Part shown: positions 38,401 through 46,780 of the stretch, in pieces
How the letters are laid out: each line of letters starts with the position of its first letter
Numbering within the stretch: position 1 is the first letter of the stretch
Origin: a virus
Lineage: Duplodnaviria > Caudoviricetes
Direction: 5' to 3' (one strand)
Length of the DNA stretch: 55,790 nucleotides
IMG/VR virus record: IMGVR_UViG_3300028595_000016
Location: 1-55,790 of that record
Notes under the pieces: generated by a model
What the model saw: only the letters and a program-made list of their open reading frames with translations
Told to the model about the DNA's origin: nothing
The model's database searches: none
Made by a program: the position numbers and the translations under genes

Positions 38401-39281
38401 GTCCCCCAAAGCTGCAGCTGCTTCCCTGCCTTCTGAAGGTTGGCCACCATTTGCCGGTAGTAGGACCCCTTCAGTTCCACACCGACGAATCGTCTGCCCA
38501 TCTCGAGCGCCACATGACCCTCGGAGCCGATGCCTGCAAACGGGGAAAGCACGGTGTCTCTCTCGTTCGTCCAGAGTCGGAGGCACCGGCGTATGACCTC
38601 GAGCTGGAGAGGGCAGATGTGCCTCTCATCCTCGTGCTCCCTGGCGCTCTGATACTGGAGCGTGTCGTTCGGGTCGATGTCCGTCCAGATTGGCGACGCC
38701 ACCTGCTGCCACTCGCTGACTGGATAGCTCTCGTCGGTGTGGGATACCCTCTCTGGATTCTCTCCAGGCTTGCGGAACGTCACGACGTAGTCAGGGATTC
38801 CCTGTCGGCTCATCGCAGAGTCTTTCTTAAGCTGCTTGTGCAGCAGCCCGAGCGCCTTGGTGCGATGCATCGCTGTGACCGGGTCCTTCCAAATCACTAC
38901 CTCGGAGTGATGGATCCATCCCTCGGCTGCCATCGCTCGGATGATATCGCCGCGGAAGTCGGCCAGCCCGATGTAGCCGTCGCGCGCCTTCGAGGTGGGC
39001 AGCAGCATGCAATGCTGGGAGCAGAGACGGCCTGGCTTCGTGACACGGAACAGCTCGCGATACAGGTGCCGCACGTGCTCAAAGAATTGCTCGCTGTTTG
39101 AGCAGTTGCCCATGTCGCGCTCAGATGCGCTGTAGGTGTACAGAGACGCGAACGGTGGCGAGAAGACCGAGTAGTGGATGCTATCGTCCGAGAGTCCGCC
39201 CACCACATCCACGCAGTCACCGTGGTACGCCACCCAGTCGTTTCCTTCGTTCTGCCCGAGCACCTTCGTCGTCGTTGCCAT
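38397..39281 (-). CDS. DNA methyltransferase, N4-C/N6-A beta class
   Basis: HGDC, FSPPF (motif IV), HICP and VLSPFAGIGS (motif I); start overlaps the helicase stop. Confidence 0.88.
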   Translation of the reverse strand: MATTTKVLGQNEGNDWVAYHGDCVDVVGGLSDDSIHYSVFSPPFASLYTYSASERDMGNCSNSEQFFEHVRHLYRELFRVTKPGRLCSQHCMLLPTSKARDGYIGLADFRGDIIRAMAAEGWIHHSEVVIWKDPVTAMHRTKALGLLHKQLKKDSAMSRQGIPDYVVTFRKPGENPERVSHTDESYPVSEWQQVASPIWTDIDPNDTLQYQSAREHEDERHICPLQLEVIRRCLRLWTNERDTVLSPFAGIGSEGHVALEMGRRFVGVELKGSYYRQMVANLQKAGKQLQLWGT

Positions 39282-40696
39282 CACGCTACCTCTCTTTCTT
39301 CGTCGTCCTGTCCGACCCATGTCGGGATTGTCATGTCGACCTTGGGCTCGTAGGGGTCCGCCGTGCGGACAGCTCCGCGGAGCTCCGAGGCCATCGTCTC
39401 TCGCATCTCTTCCACGAGCCCATCGACCAGCTTTGCGGCGTCTGCCTGCTTCCGTTTCAGGGTCTCCACAACGGATCCTTCGCGGTCCGATGTCACGATG
39501 TGACACTCGACCGGTCGCGTCTGACCGAACCGCCACGTGCGTCGCACTGCCTGATAGTACTGCTCGAAGCTGTGCGACAAGCCAACGAAGACAACGCGGG
39601 AGCAGTGCTGCCAGTTGAGCCCCCAGCCTGCGATGCTGGGCTTGCTCACGAGCACCCTGATTGCCCCGTCTGAGAAGCCGGCAAGCGCCGTCTCCTTGTG
39701 CTCCACGGAGTCTGACCCCTTCACCTCGACTGCTCCCGGAATGGCCTTCGTCAGCGCGGCGCTCTCGTCGTTGAGGTCGCACCAGACAAGCCATGTCTCA
39801 TCGGGCTCAGCGGCAACGATCTCGGCCGCGCGAGCGACGCGCATCGCGAGGCTCGACTTCCTCGCCTGGCGGTGCTCCAGCAACCCGGAGGCCTGCGTCT
39901 GAATCAGGCTGAGCTGCCCAGTGCCTGCGTGCTTGGGTGTCTCGACCACGATGTGGTGAGTGTTGAGTGGCGGAATCTCGTAGCTCGACCCGTCATAGCC
40001 AAGGTCGGCGGGCGACCGAAGCGCAACGGCCCACGACGCCAGCCACCGAAAGAAATCGCCTTGCGCGTGACCCTTGAGTCTCCAATCCTGCGTCGAGCCA
40101 CCGTCGTGGACGAAGAAGGTGCTGAGCATCTCCGTTCGTGACATGACACCGAGAAACTCGGCATGGTTGCCGAGCTCAACGAAGTCGTTCGGGGACGGCG
40201 TGGCGGTGCACGCGAGCCGGTAGGGTGTCTCGGCGAAGGACCGAATCAGCTGGTTTCGTGTCTTCGCTGTGTAGTCCTTCAGCACCGAGCTTTCATCTAG
40301 CACTACCCCAGCGAATTGGCCGGCATCGAACCGGTGAAGCCTTTCGTAGTTGGCCACCACGATGCCGTCGGTCACGTCGTCGTCGGACCGGGCGATGGTC
40401 ACGTCCACGCCGAATTTCCTGCCTTCTCTGACGAACTGCCCGGCAACTGCGAGTGGTGCGAGAATCAGCACTCGGCCGCCGGTTGCGTCGCGGACGGCTC
40501 GTGACCACTCGAGCGCGACGGGGGTCTTGCCTAGCCCGCACTCGAGCCAAACGGCAGCGCGCCCCTTGCGCAGCGCCCACCGGGTGATGTCCCGCTGGTG
40601 CGGATAGAGCATCGGGTTCTCGGGCTCCACGTCGAGCCCGCAGGACGGGGCCAGCCGTCGTTTCGATTCCAGTAGCCGCTGATATTCGTTCGTCAT
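39281..40696 (-). CDS. SF2/SNF2-like helicase
   Basis: GLGKT, LDESS, TATP, GLNWQ and QAVRRTWRFGQ motifs. Confidence 0.88.
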   Translation of the reverse strand: MTNEYQRLLESKRRLAPSCGLDVEPENPMLYPHQRDITRWALRKGRAAVWLECGLGKTPVALEWSRAVRDATGGRVLILAPLAVAGQFVREGRKFGVDVTIARSDDDVTDGIVVANYERLHRFDAGQFAGVVLDESSVLKDYTAKTRNQLIRSFAETPYRLACTATPSPNDFVELGNHAEFLGVMSRTEMLSTFFVHDGGSTQDWRLKGHAQGDFFRWLASWAVALRSPADLGYDGSSYEIPPLNTHHIVVETPKHAGTGQLSLIQTQASGLLEHRQARKSSLAMRVARAAEIVAAEPDETWLVWCDLNDESAALTKAIPGAVEVKGSDSVEHKETALAGFSDGAIRVLVSKPSIAGWGLNWQHCSRVVFVGLSHSFEQYYQAVRRTWRFGQTRPVECHIVTSDREGSVVETLKRKQADAAKLVDGLVEEMRETMASELRGAVRTADPYEPKVDMTIPTWVGQDDEEREVA

Positions 40697-40713
40697 CGTC
40701 TCCTCTTTTGAGT

Positions 40714-40758
40714 TGGCCCCACCCCGGGACTCGAACCCGGGAGTATGCCGTTGTGGGG
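40714..40758 (-). ncRNA. Armless tRNA-like minihelix (acceptor stem, T-arm, CCA)
   Basis: CCCCAC-N11-CCCGGG-TTCGAGT-CCCGGG-GTGGGG-CCA on the minus strand. Confidence 0.55.
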
Positions 40759-40772
40759 TGGATCGTACTTGC

Positions 40773-41447
40773 TGTCATTCGGTCGTCGAGGTTGGCTCGC
40801 TCCGAGCCGTTGTCATTCGTTCAGCATTTTTGGCTCGCTCATGATCGTTGTCATTCGTTCAGCATCGATGGCTCGCTCGGTCTCGATGTCATTCGTTCAG
40901 CTACCATGGCTCGCTCATGGCCATTGTCATTCGTTCTCGGTTTTTGGCTCGCTCATGGCCGTTGTCATTCGTTCCGGACTTTTGGCTCGCTCATGGCCGT
41001 TGTCATTCGTTCCGGACTTTTGGCTCGCTTGGCGCGCTTGTCATTCGGTTGTGGAGGTTGGCTCGCTCGCAATACGTGTCATTCGTTCGCCGCTTTTGGC
41101 TCGCTCTCACGCGATGTCATTCGTTCAAAGCACCTGGCTCGCTTCCCACTTATGTCATTCGTTCCGGAATCGTGGCTCGCTTCGCTAGGATGTCATTCGT
41201 TTCTGCCCGATGGCTCGCTCTCGGGCGTTGCCATTCGTTCGTAGGGCATGGCTCGCTCTCCGATCATGTCATTCGTTCCGCGAGTATGGCGCGCTTCCGC
41301 GCAATGTCATTCGTTCGCAGTATTTGGCTAGCTTCTCGCCCGTGTCATTCGTTCGAGGGAACTGGCTCGCTCATCCTTCATGTCATTCGTTCGAGCTGAA
41401 TGGCTCGCTCTCGGCTAATGTCATTCGTTCGGGTGCCCTGGCTCACT
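40773..41447 (-). repeat. TIGR-like dual-repeat guide array, 18 x 38 bp, downstream of the Tas gene
   Basis: Plus-strand TGTCATTCGTT-N9-TGGCTCGCT-N9 with exact 38-bp period from 40773 to 41419 and variable 9-nt spacers. Confidence 0.9.
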
Positions 41448-42477
41448 CCGCCGCTTCAGCGACGCTGATCTTTCCTGGGTCACCGACAAGCTCGAGAGCT
41501 TCCTCGACTGTCAGCATCCTCGGCTCGTCAACCTGGATCCGCCGCCCGCCGTGGGCATACCCCAGCTTCGCCGCGTGGTAGTCGGGCCACACCGGGAGGC
41601 CTTCAAGTGCGCGCCAGACAACGTACACGTCCTCGAGCAGCAGACGCATGGCCTTGTGCCATCCTGCGTTGTCCGCGAAGCCTTGGGCCGATACCGCCTT
41701 CCCTGCGGGCTCTCCGTCATGCAAGGGGACGATCTTCCCCTTCTCCACGCGGTCGCTCGAGAGGATGCGGTGCTTGTGATCCTCCCATGCTTGCAGGTAT
41801 TTCGATGTGCACGTTCGATCGATGTGGGGCATCTTGGGCTTGACACCTTCTTCCTTGGCAGCTTCTCGGATCCGCTTCCGCTCGGCTCTCATCTCCGGTG
41901 TGAGTGATGCCGAAGATGCATTCTTCCGCATGGCGGAAGCAGCCTGATGGAGCCTCGTGCGGAGGTCGGAGTTGTAGGCAGAGACTCGGCCCGACTCGCG
42001 TCTCTCGAGTCGGCCATTGATGACGGCCAGCCCGCAGTAGCGGTGGAGCTTGCTCGGCTTGTCCGCCTTGCGGATGTCCACGGTGGACACTAGGTAGGCA
42101 CTCACCACAGGGCCTAAACCAAAGACGTGCCGCAGGAACACGTCATAGATTGGGATCGGTCTCAGTGCCCGATCAATTCGCCGCTCCAGCGCGCCGATCT
42201 GAAGGTCGGCCGCCTTGTTCCCGTTCAAAAACGTGTGGCGGACATCGTCTGGCAACGGGCAAGGGATCTTGTCGCCCTTCTTGAGCCCTCGCGCTGGGAT
42301 GTCCTGGCGGGCCTCCTTGTCCTTGCACATGTTCTCGATGGCGACGCGGGCCCTCGTCGCAGCGCGATGCTGATTGACGAGGAGTCTCAACTCGAGGATG
42401 GGGTCGTCGGTGCACGGCAGCTCATCTCGTGCCTTGCGTGTCCGCTTCATGGTTCGCTCTAGTTTTTTCAGTGTCAT
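41443..42477 (-). CDS. Nop-domain RNA-binding protein, IS110-related, TasA-like (no RuvC/HNH domain seen)
   Basis: Coiled coil followed by VFGLGPVVSAYLV...KPSKLHRYCGL...YNSDLRTRL and C-terminal WRALEGLP; no N-terminal DEDD domain; flanked by arrays. Confidence 0.8.
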   Translation of the reverse strand: MTLKKLERTMKRTRKARDELPCTDDPILELRLLVNQHRAATRARVAIENMCKDKEARQDIPARGLKKGDKIPCPLPDDVRHTFLNGNKAADLQIGALERRIDRALRPIPIYDVFLRHVFGLGPVVSAYLVSTVDIRKADKPSKLHRYCGLAVINGRLERRESGRVSAYNSDLRTRLHQAASAMRKNASSASLTPEMRAERKRIREAAKEEGVKPKMPHIDRTCTSKYLQAWEDHKHRILSSDRVEKGKIVPLHDGEPAGKAVSAQGFADNAGWHKAMRLLLEDVYVVWRALEGLPVWPDYHAAKLGYAHGGRRIQVDEPRMLTVEEALELVGDPGKISVAEAAE

Positions 42478-42500
42478 CGTTCTGTTCCGTTTCGTTGGGT

Positions 42501-42931
42501 TGGATCGCTCTCGCGTCATGTCATTCGTTCGGGGCGACTGGCTCGCTCGATCACTGTGTCATTCGTTCGCCACGGTTGGCTCGCTCATTCTCGTTGTCAT
42601 TCGTTCCGAAGCGATGGCTCGCTCCTCAACGTTGTCATTCGTTCTCAGTCGATGGCTCGCTTTACCCTTCTGTCATTCGTTCGAGCAGCATGGCTCGCTT
42701 GGACAATGTGTCATTCGCTCTGCCATTGTGGCCCGCTTTTCGCGTGTGTCATTCGTTCAGGGATGGTGGCTAGCTCGAGGCCGATGTCATTCGTTCCGGC
42801 GTTCTGGCTCGCTCGACGGACATGTCATTCGTTCCGAATGCATGGCTCGCTCACTGGTATTGTCATTCGTTCGTTCGTGATGCTTGGCTCGCTCTGAACC
42901 ATTGTCATTCGTTCGGTGGGCATAGCTCGCT
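42501..42931 (-). repeat. TIGR-like dual-repeat guide array, 11 units, upstream of the Tas gene
   Basis: Same repeats at 42519 + 38n up to 42861, then 42903 (one 4-nt CGTT duplication). Confidence 0.9.
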
Positions 42932-43246
42932 CGGGATGGGCTCATCCTTGCGTCCAGACGACTTTCTGAGTTCTCTTTCCAGAACGGCGCGCTGGGAGGC
43001 GCACAAGCGTTCAATGTGGTCCACCTGTCGGGCGATGTTCGCTCGGAATGCGCGCTCCGGGTTGTCGCGCCATTCCTTGTTAAGGACCGCGCTCTTGACG
43101 CCGGCGGGAATCCCAGTGACGAGCCACTTGGCCCCTTCTGGGGTCTTCTTGCGCTCGAGCAGGTAATCCCTGCAGGTCCACTCCTGCCGTCCACCGTACC
43201 GGGTGAACTGGAACTCTCCGACCAGGATTGTGTCAGGAAGCTTCAC
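42905..43246 (-). CDS. Hypothetical protein
   Basis: Coupled ORF; its stop codon lies inside the first array repeat. Confidence 0.55.
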   Translation of the reverse strand: MKLPDTILVGEFQFTRYGGRQEWTCRDYLLERKKTPEGAKWLVTGIPAGVKSAVLNKEWRDNPERAFRANIARQVDHIERLCASQRAVLERELRKSSGRKDEPIPSELCPPNE

Positions 43247-43881
43247 AGCAGCCCCCCTGGGTTTGCATCCAGAGCGCGACCCGGAACATCCTTGTGCGAG
43301 CGATGCTGTTGCCTGCCGCCACGCAACGCTGCGATCTCTCGGTCCTTCTCGGCGATCTCTCGGTCCTTCTCCAGCACGATGGCCTCGAGCTCCTGGATTC
43401 GCCGGTCCTTCGCTGATGGCTGTCGTGGATTCTTGCCCACGACGCGAGCGATGATCGGGTCAGCCTGGTTAGGCGTCAGCGGTGCCCCGGTGGCTTGGTA
43501 CCCACAGATCAGCTCACGCTTGATCTCATCTAGATGCACTGGGTCAAGCCTCATCCCGCCGATCCGGCACACCACGTCGTGGTGGATATTCTTGCGGACC
43601 GCCGAGTTGGCCTTCGGGGAATACCCAAGCGCCACCAGCCCCTGGTATCTCCGCTTGAACCATGACTCGTTTCGGCCGGCAGCGAACCCAACCCTCTTCA
43701 ACCACCCGGACACTGACAGTCCGTCAGACTCCTCGCGGAAGGAGTCCCAATTGGATGCCAGTGCCATCACCTCGCACGCTGCGAAGTTTGGCCCAACGTC
43801 GGAATCAGCCATCAGCTTGGACAGCCTCGCGCCGATCTGCTCTAGGTTCTCTGTCGTCATCTCACCGTTCCTTATGTCCAA
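43243..43881 (-). CDS. Hypothetical protein with C-terminal coiled coil
   Basis: Coupled ORF; EKDREIA duplicated. Confidence 0.55.
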   Translation of the reverse strand: MDIRNGEMTTENLEQIGARLSKLMADSDVGPNFAACEVMALASNWDSFREESDGLSVSGWLKRVGFAAGRNESWFKRRYQGLVALGYSPKANSAVRKNIHHDVVCRIGGMRLDPVHLDEIKRELICGYQATGAPLTPNQADPIIARVVGKNPRQPSAKDRRIQELEAIVLEKDREIAEKDREIAALRGGRQQHRSHKDVPGRALDANPGGLL

Positions 43882-44288
43882 ACTTCAATCACAACTCGCC
43901 CGTCCCCGGGAGGTGCATACACCCACTCCTGTACGACCTCCGCGTGCTTCGGAGAGTCGTCCACGAGATAGCCTAGTCGATGCGTGCGAGCCCTTCCGCG
44001 GGGGCAGCACAGCATGTCGACCGGGCGCTTTGCCCAGTCGCTCCACCTGTCTGGCTGCACGCTCGAGTGCCGAACGCAGTGGACGATGGGGCGACCGACC
44101 AGCGCCGCCCGACGCGGGAGCACCTGGGATGCCATCGCCTTCCAGAGTGCCTCTTTCTCCGCGGCGTGCTGCCACCTCTGGGTGTGGCGCGTCCTGTTGC
44201 TCGGCGGGCAGAGGTCAAGCGGTAGGACGACGCGGCAGTGGCGCTCTGTCCCGACCCGCTGGCCATCGATCCACAGCTCGAGGCTCAC
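43872..44288 (-). CDS. RusA-like Holliday junction resolvase
   Basis: PPSN, PD...K..VD.L and GYLVDDS motifs; terminal RVVIEV. Confidence 0.6.
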   Translation of the reverse strand: MSLELWIDGQRVGTERHCRVVLPLDLCPPSNRTRHTQRWQHAAEKEALWKAMASQVLPRRAALVGRPIVHCVRHSSVQPDRWSDWAKRPVDMLCCPRGRARTHRLGYLVDDSPKHAEVVQEWVYAPPGDGRVVIEVWT

Positions 44289-44521
44289 TCGACCTCGGAG
44301 GGTTCATCGCGTACTAGCTCGCGATCCCAGTCGGAGACGAGCTCGTCGAGAGAGCTTCCGAGAGCTCTCGCGATCTTGCTCGCCGTGTCCAGAGTCGGGC
44401 TTCGTTTGCCCGACTCGACCATAGAAACAACAGAAGGGCTCAGCCCGGAGCGCCTAGCCAGCTCCAGCTGGGTCCACCCGAGCGACTCGCGTGCTTCACG
44501 CGACCGATCACCGAACGCCAT
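44285..44521 (-). CDS. Xre/Cro-family HTH regulator
   Basis: REARESLGWTQLELARRSGLSPSVVSMVESGKRSP. Confidence 0.88.
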   Translation of the reverse strand: MAFGDRSREARESLGWTQLELARRSGLSPSVVSMVESGKRSPTLDTASKIARALGSSLDELVSDWDRELVRDEPSEVE

Positions 44522-44529
44522 GATTGACG

Positions 44530-44558
44530 ATCGTAAAGGGCTCGCGTCGCAAGCGCAA
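44530..44558 (-). promoter_or_regulatory. Putative sigma70 promoter for a near-leaderless Xre/replication operon transcript
   Basis: TTGCGC-17-TACGAT, 8 nt before the ATG. Confidence 0.45.
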
Positions 44559-44704
44559 GCGCAATCGTCGCGGTCACGGCCGTTTGCTCGCAAGCCGTCC
44601 GGCCAGCCGTTTTTTTCACCCGTAACTTTTGCCTCTAGCAATCCGGCTCGCCGTCTTTTACGCTTGTCCCTGTCGGCGCGGTGCCGCGAAAGAGGAGTAC
44701 GACG

Positions 44705-44905
44705 ATGATCTCGTGTAACGACAGGGGAAGGCTGCTAGCCATCTCTGGCAGCAGCAGCCACAACGTAGCTGTCAACTGCAGGCGAGCGCTAGACGCTGTC
44801 AACGACAGCGACGCCAAGCTGTTTCTAAACAGGGCGATCGAACACTGCATCCACGAGGACGTGGCGCAAGCCGCTGTCCTCGTGCAGATCAGGGGGGCGT
44901 TGTGA
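44705..44905 (+). CDS. Hypothetical protein
   Basis: GAGGAG RBS; first gene of the rightward arm. Confidence 0.55.
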   Translation: MISCNDRGRLLAISGSSSHNVAVNCRRALDAVNDSDAKLFLNRAIEHCIHEDVAQAAVLVQIRGAL

Positions 44906-45096
44906 CCTCTGGAGAGGCCATGGCGCGCAAGGCAGCGCGCCATCTGGACTCCGCGGTGGCAGCACAGGACTGGGTTGCTGTAGAGACCGCTCGACACACG
45001 CTGGAGATGGCGCTCCAGCTGTTCGACGCGCAGCGTGCCGATCTGTCCCGAGCCATCCGAAACCGTGAGTCGTCCAGAAAGGAGCTGTCGCGATGA
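44902..45096 (+). CDS. Hypothetical protein
   Basis: Coupled ORF. Confidence 0.5.
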   Translation: MTSGEAMARKAARHLDSAVAAQDWVAVETARHTLEMALQLFDAQRADLSRAIRNRESSRKELSR

Positions 45097-45506
45097 GCAT
45101 GTGCCCGCGCCACCCGAAGAGGGCCGATCTGTTTGAATATTTGCACACCGCAATCGGCGACGAGCGCGCTCAGCGCTACATCGATTGGGAGCGCATTCGC
45201 AGCCGAATCCGCGATGCGCTGGACGAGGCCGAGAAGCCATCGTCCGGCACTGTACGAGTCATCACCCGCGACATGCGGGTGGAGTTCGACTGCGACGGGA
45301 ACACCACTGAGCTCGAGCACTACAGATGCTCGCCGTTGAAACACGAGCTAGTCAGCGCATCCGTCGAGCTCGAGGACGAGTTGCACCCCTGGCTCCAGCA
45401 GACGCTGGATCGGGTGGAGCGCCGGCTCCGTGACGCTGACTACGACCAGCCTCCGACCTTGCGCGCCATCGACCCTCTCGAGCACGAGAGCGAGGTGCGA
45501 CCGTGA
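45093..45506 (+). CDS. Hypothetical protein
   Basis: AAGGAG RBS; ATGA overlap. Confidence 0.6.
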   Translation: MSMCPRHPKRADLFEYLHTAIGDERAQRYIDWERIRSRIRDALDEAEKPSSGTVRVITRDMRVEFDCDGNTTELEHYRCSPLKHELVSASVELEDELHPWLQQTLDRVERRLRDADYDQPPTLRAIDPLEHESEVRP

Positions 45507-45775
45507 TTGCCAGACTGGAGAGGGATGGCAGCATGGCCATCTCCGATGGTCGGCTGACGCTGGTAATCTCCGATGACGGACACGGAGTGTCACTGGCCTC
45601 GGAGGAGTGGAGCGATTCCGAGCTCGAGCTTGCGCTCGAGGACATCGACCCGATGCACATCGGGAGGATGCGCATCGGGCACCTGCAGATGCTGCTCCGC
45701 GCCGTGTGGGCGAAGTGGGAGCTCGGCATGTACGACCAGCCGACACGGAAGCCCGGGCTGGTGCGGGTCAAGTGA
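45503..45775 (+). CDS. Hypothetical protein
   Basis: GAGG RBS; GTGA overlap. Confidence 0.55.
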   Translation: MIARLERDGSMAISDGRLTLVISDDGHGVSLASEEWSDSELELALEDIDPMHIGRMRIGHLQMLLRAVWAKWELGMYDQPTRKPGLVRVK

Positions 45776-46060
45776 TGGTAGACCCGCTTCAAAGCGCGGT
45801 CGTTATCGTGCTTTTGATGCTCACGCCATGCATGCTGGTCATGGCGTGGGCGCTGGCAACGAAGGACTGACGCACTGACACGGCTCGCGCGCTGGAGCTG
45901 GCGACAGACGTGGGACCATTCCCCCTTTTCTCCTGCGTCTGTCGTCCGCTCGAGCGTGTGAGTCATACACGCATCGCCAGAGCGCGATGCCACACACGCT
46001 CGCGAACCAATGAGAACGACGATGATTCGAGTTGCAAGAGACGCTTGATATGGTGCAATT

Positions 46061-46618
46061 ATGTACGAGAAGCTGACACTGCGTCCCATCACAGTCCGTC
46101 GCGGTTCAGCACTTGGGTTCGTGTCTGAGGTCCACCGGCGTCTCCCACGAGTACAGGGGGCAATGTGGGGGGTTTCCGTGGTCGACGATGCCGGCGAGGT
46201 GGTAGGCGTTATCCTGGTGGGTCATCCCAGCAGGGTGCAGACCTCCCCAACGAACGAGCACCTGCGGGTGCTCCGGTGCGCCGTGGCCGAGGGGCACCGG
46301 AACGCCTGCTCAATGCTGTACGGGGCGGCGTGGCGCGCGGCCAGGGCTATGGGAGCAGAGCGCATGGATACCCACACCCACGGAGACGAGTCCGGCGTGA
46401 GCCTGATCGCCGCTGGGTGGATTGACGGGGGAATGACCAGCGGGGGGTCCCATTCTCGTACTTCCAGGCCGAGGGGAGAACCAGTAGACCCGGAGCCGAA
46501 ACGGAGGTGGTGGGCTCCAGGGTCACGGATGAAGGACGGGACGGTGTTATCAAGGGGTCCGTGCCATTGCCGGGGAGAGACAGGAAGCCATCGCGGAGAT
46601 GTACCCGAATCTTCGTAG
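46061..46618 (+). CDS. XF1762-like GNAT-fold protein (possible DNA modification enzyme)
   Basis: GVILVGHPSR, RNACSMLYGAAWRAARAMG and ESGVSLIAAGW motifs. Confidence 0.65.
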   Translation: MYEKLTLRPITVRRGSALGFVSEVHRRLPRVQGAMWGVSVVDDAGEVVGVILVGHPSRVQTSPTNEHLRVLRCAVAEGHRNACSMLYGAAWRAARAMGAERMDTHTHGDESGVSLIAAGWIDGGMTSGGSHSRTSRPRGEPVDPEPKRRWWAPGSRMKDGTVLSRGPCHCRGETGSHRGDVPESS

Positions 46619-46780
46619 CGACGCTCTTGAGAACTGCAGTCAGCTGACCAAAGCGATCGATGTACTTGAAGCGATCGGGTCGCTTGAGCAGAGGGGCGCA
46701 GCGCCAGTACTGCGCGCACAGCCGTTTCGCCATACCTATGGCATCATGCCATTGCCAGGACTGGAAGGGATGATACTAGA

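Noticed and set aside
38397-39794. 465-aa methyltransferase as given in the ORF track
   Set aside because: The first 171 codons overlap the helicase; the ATG at 39281 is coupled to the helicase stop
40714-40790. Full tRNA gene
   Set aside because: No D arm or anticodon arm; only the acceptor/T portion is present
40708-41399. Plus-strand repetitive ORFs over the arrays (also 42374-43166)
   Set aside because: Translations of the 38-bp repeat cycling through frames; antisense to the operon
41443-42519. Active IS110 transposase / insertion sequence
   Set aside because: Lacks the N-terminal DEDD RuvC domain. The track start at 42519 lies inside the array, so 42477 is preferred
40773-42931. CRISPR array
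   Set aside because: Two alternating 9-11 nt repeats with 9-nt spacers and no cas genes; does not fit CRISPR geometry
43331-43372. 21-bp tandem duplication
   Set aside because: In-frame coiled-coil heptad duplication (EKDREIA); no sign of a regulatory role
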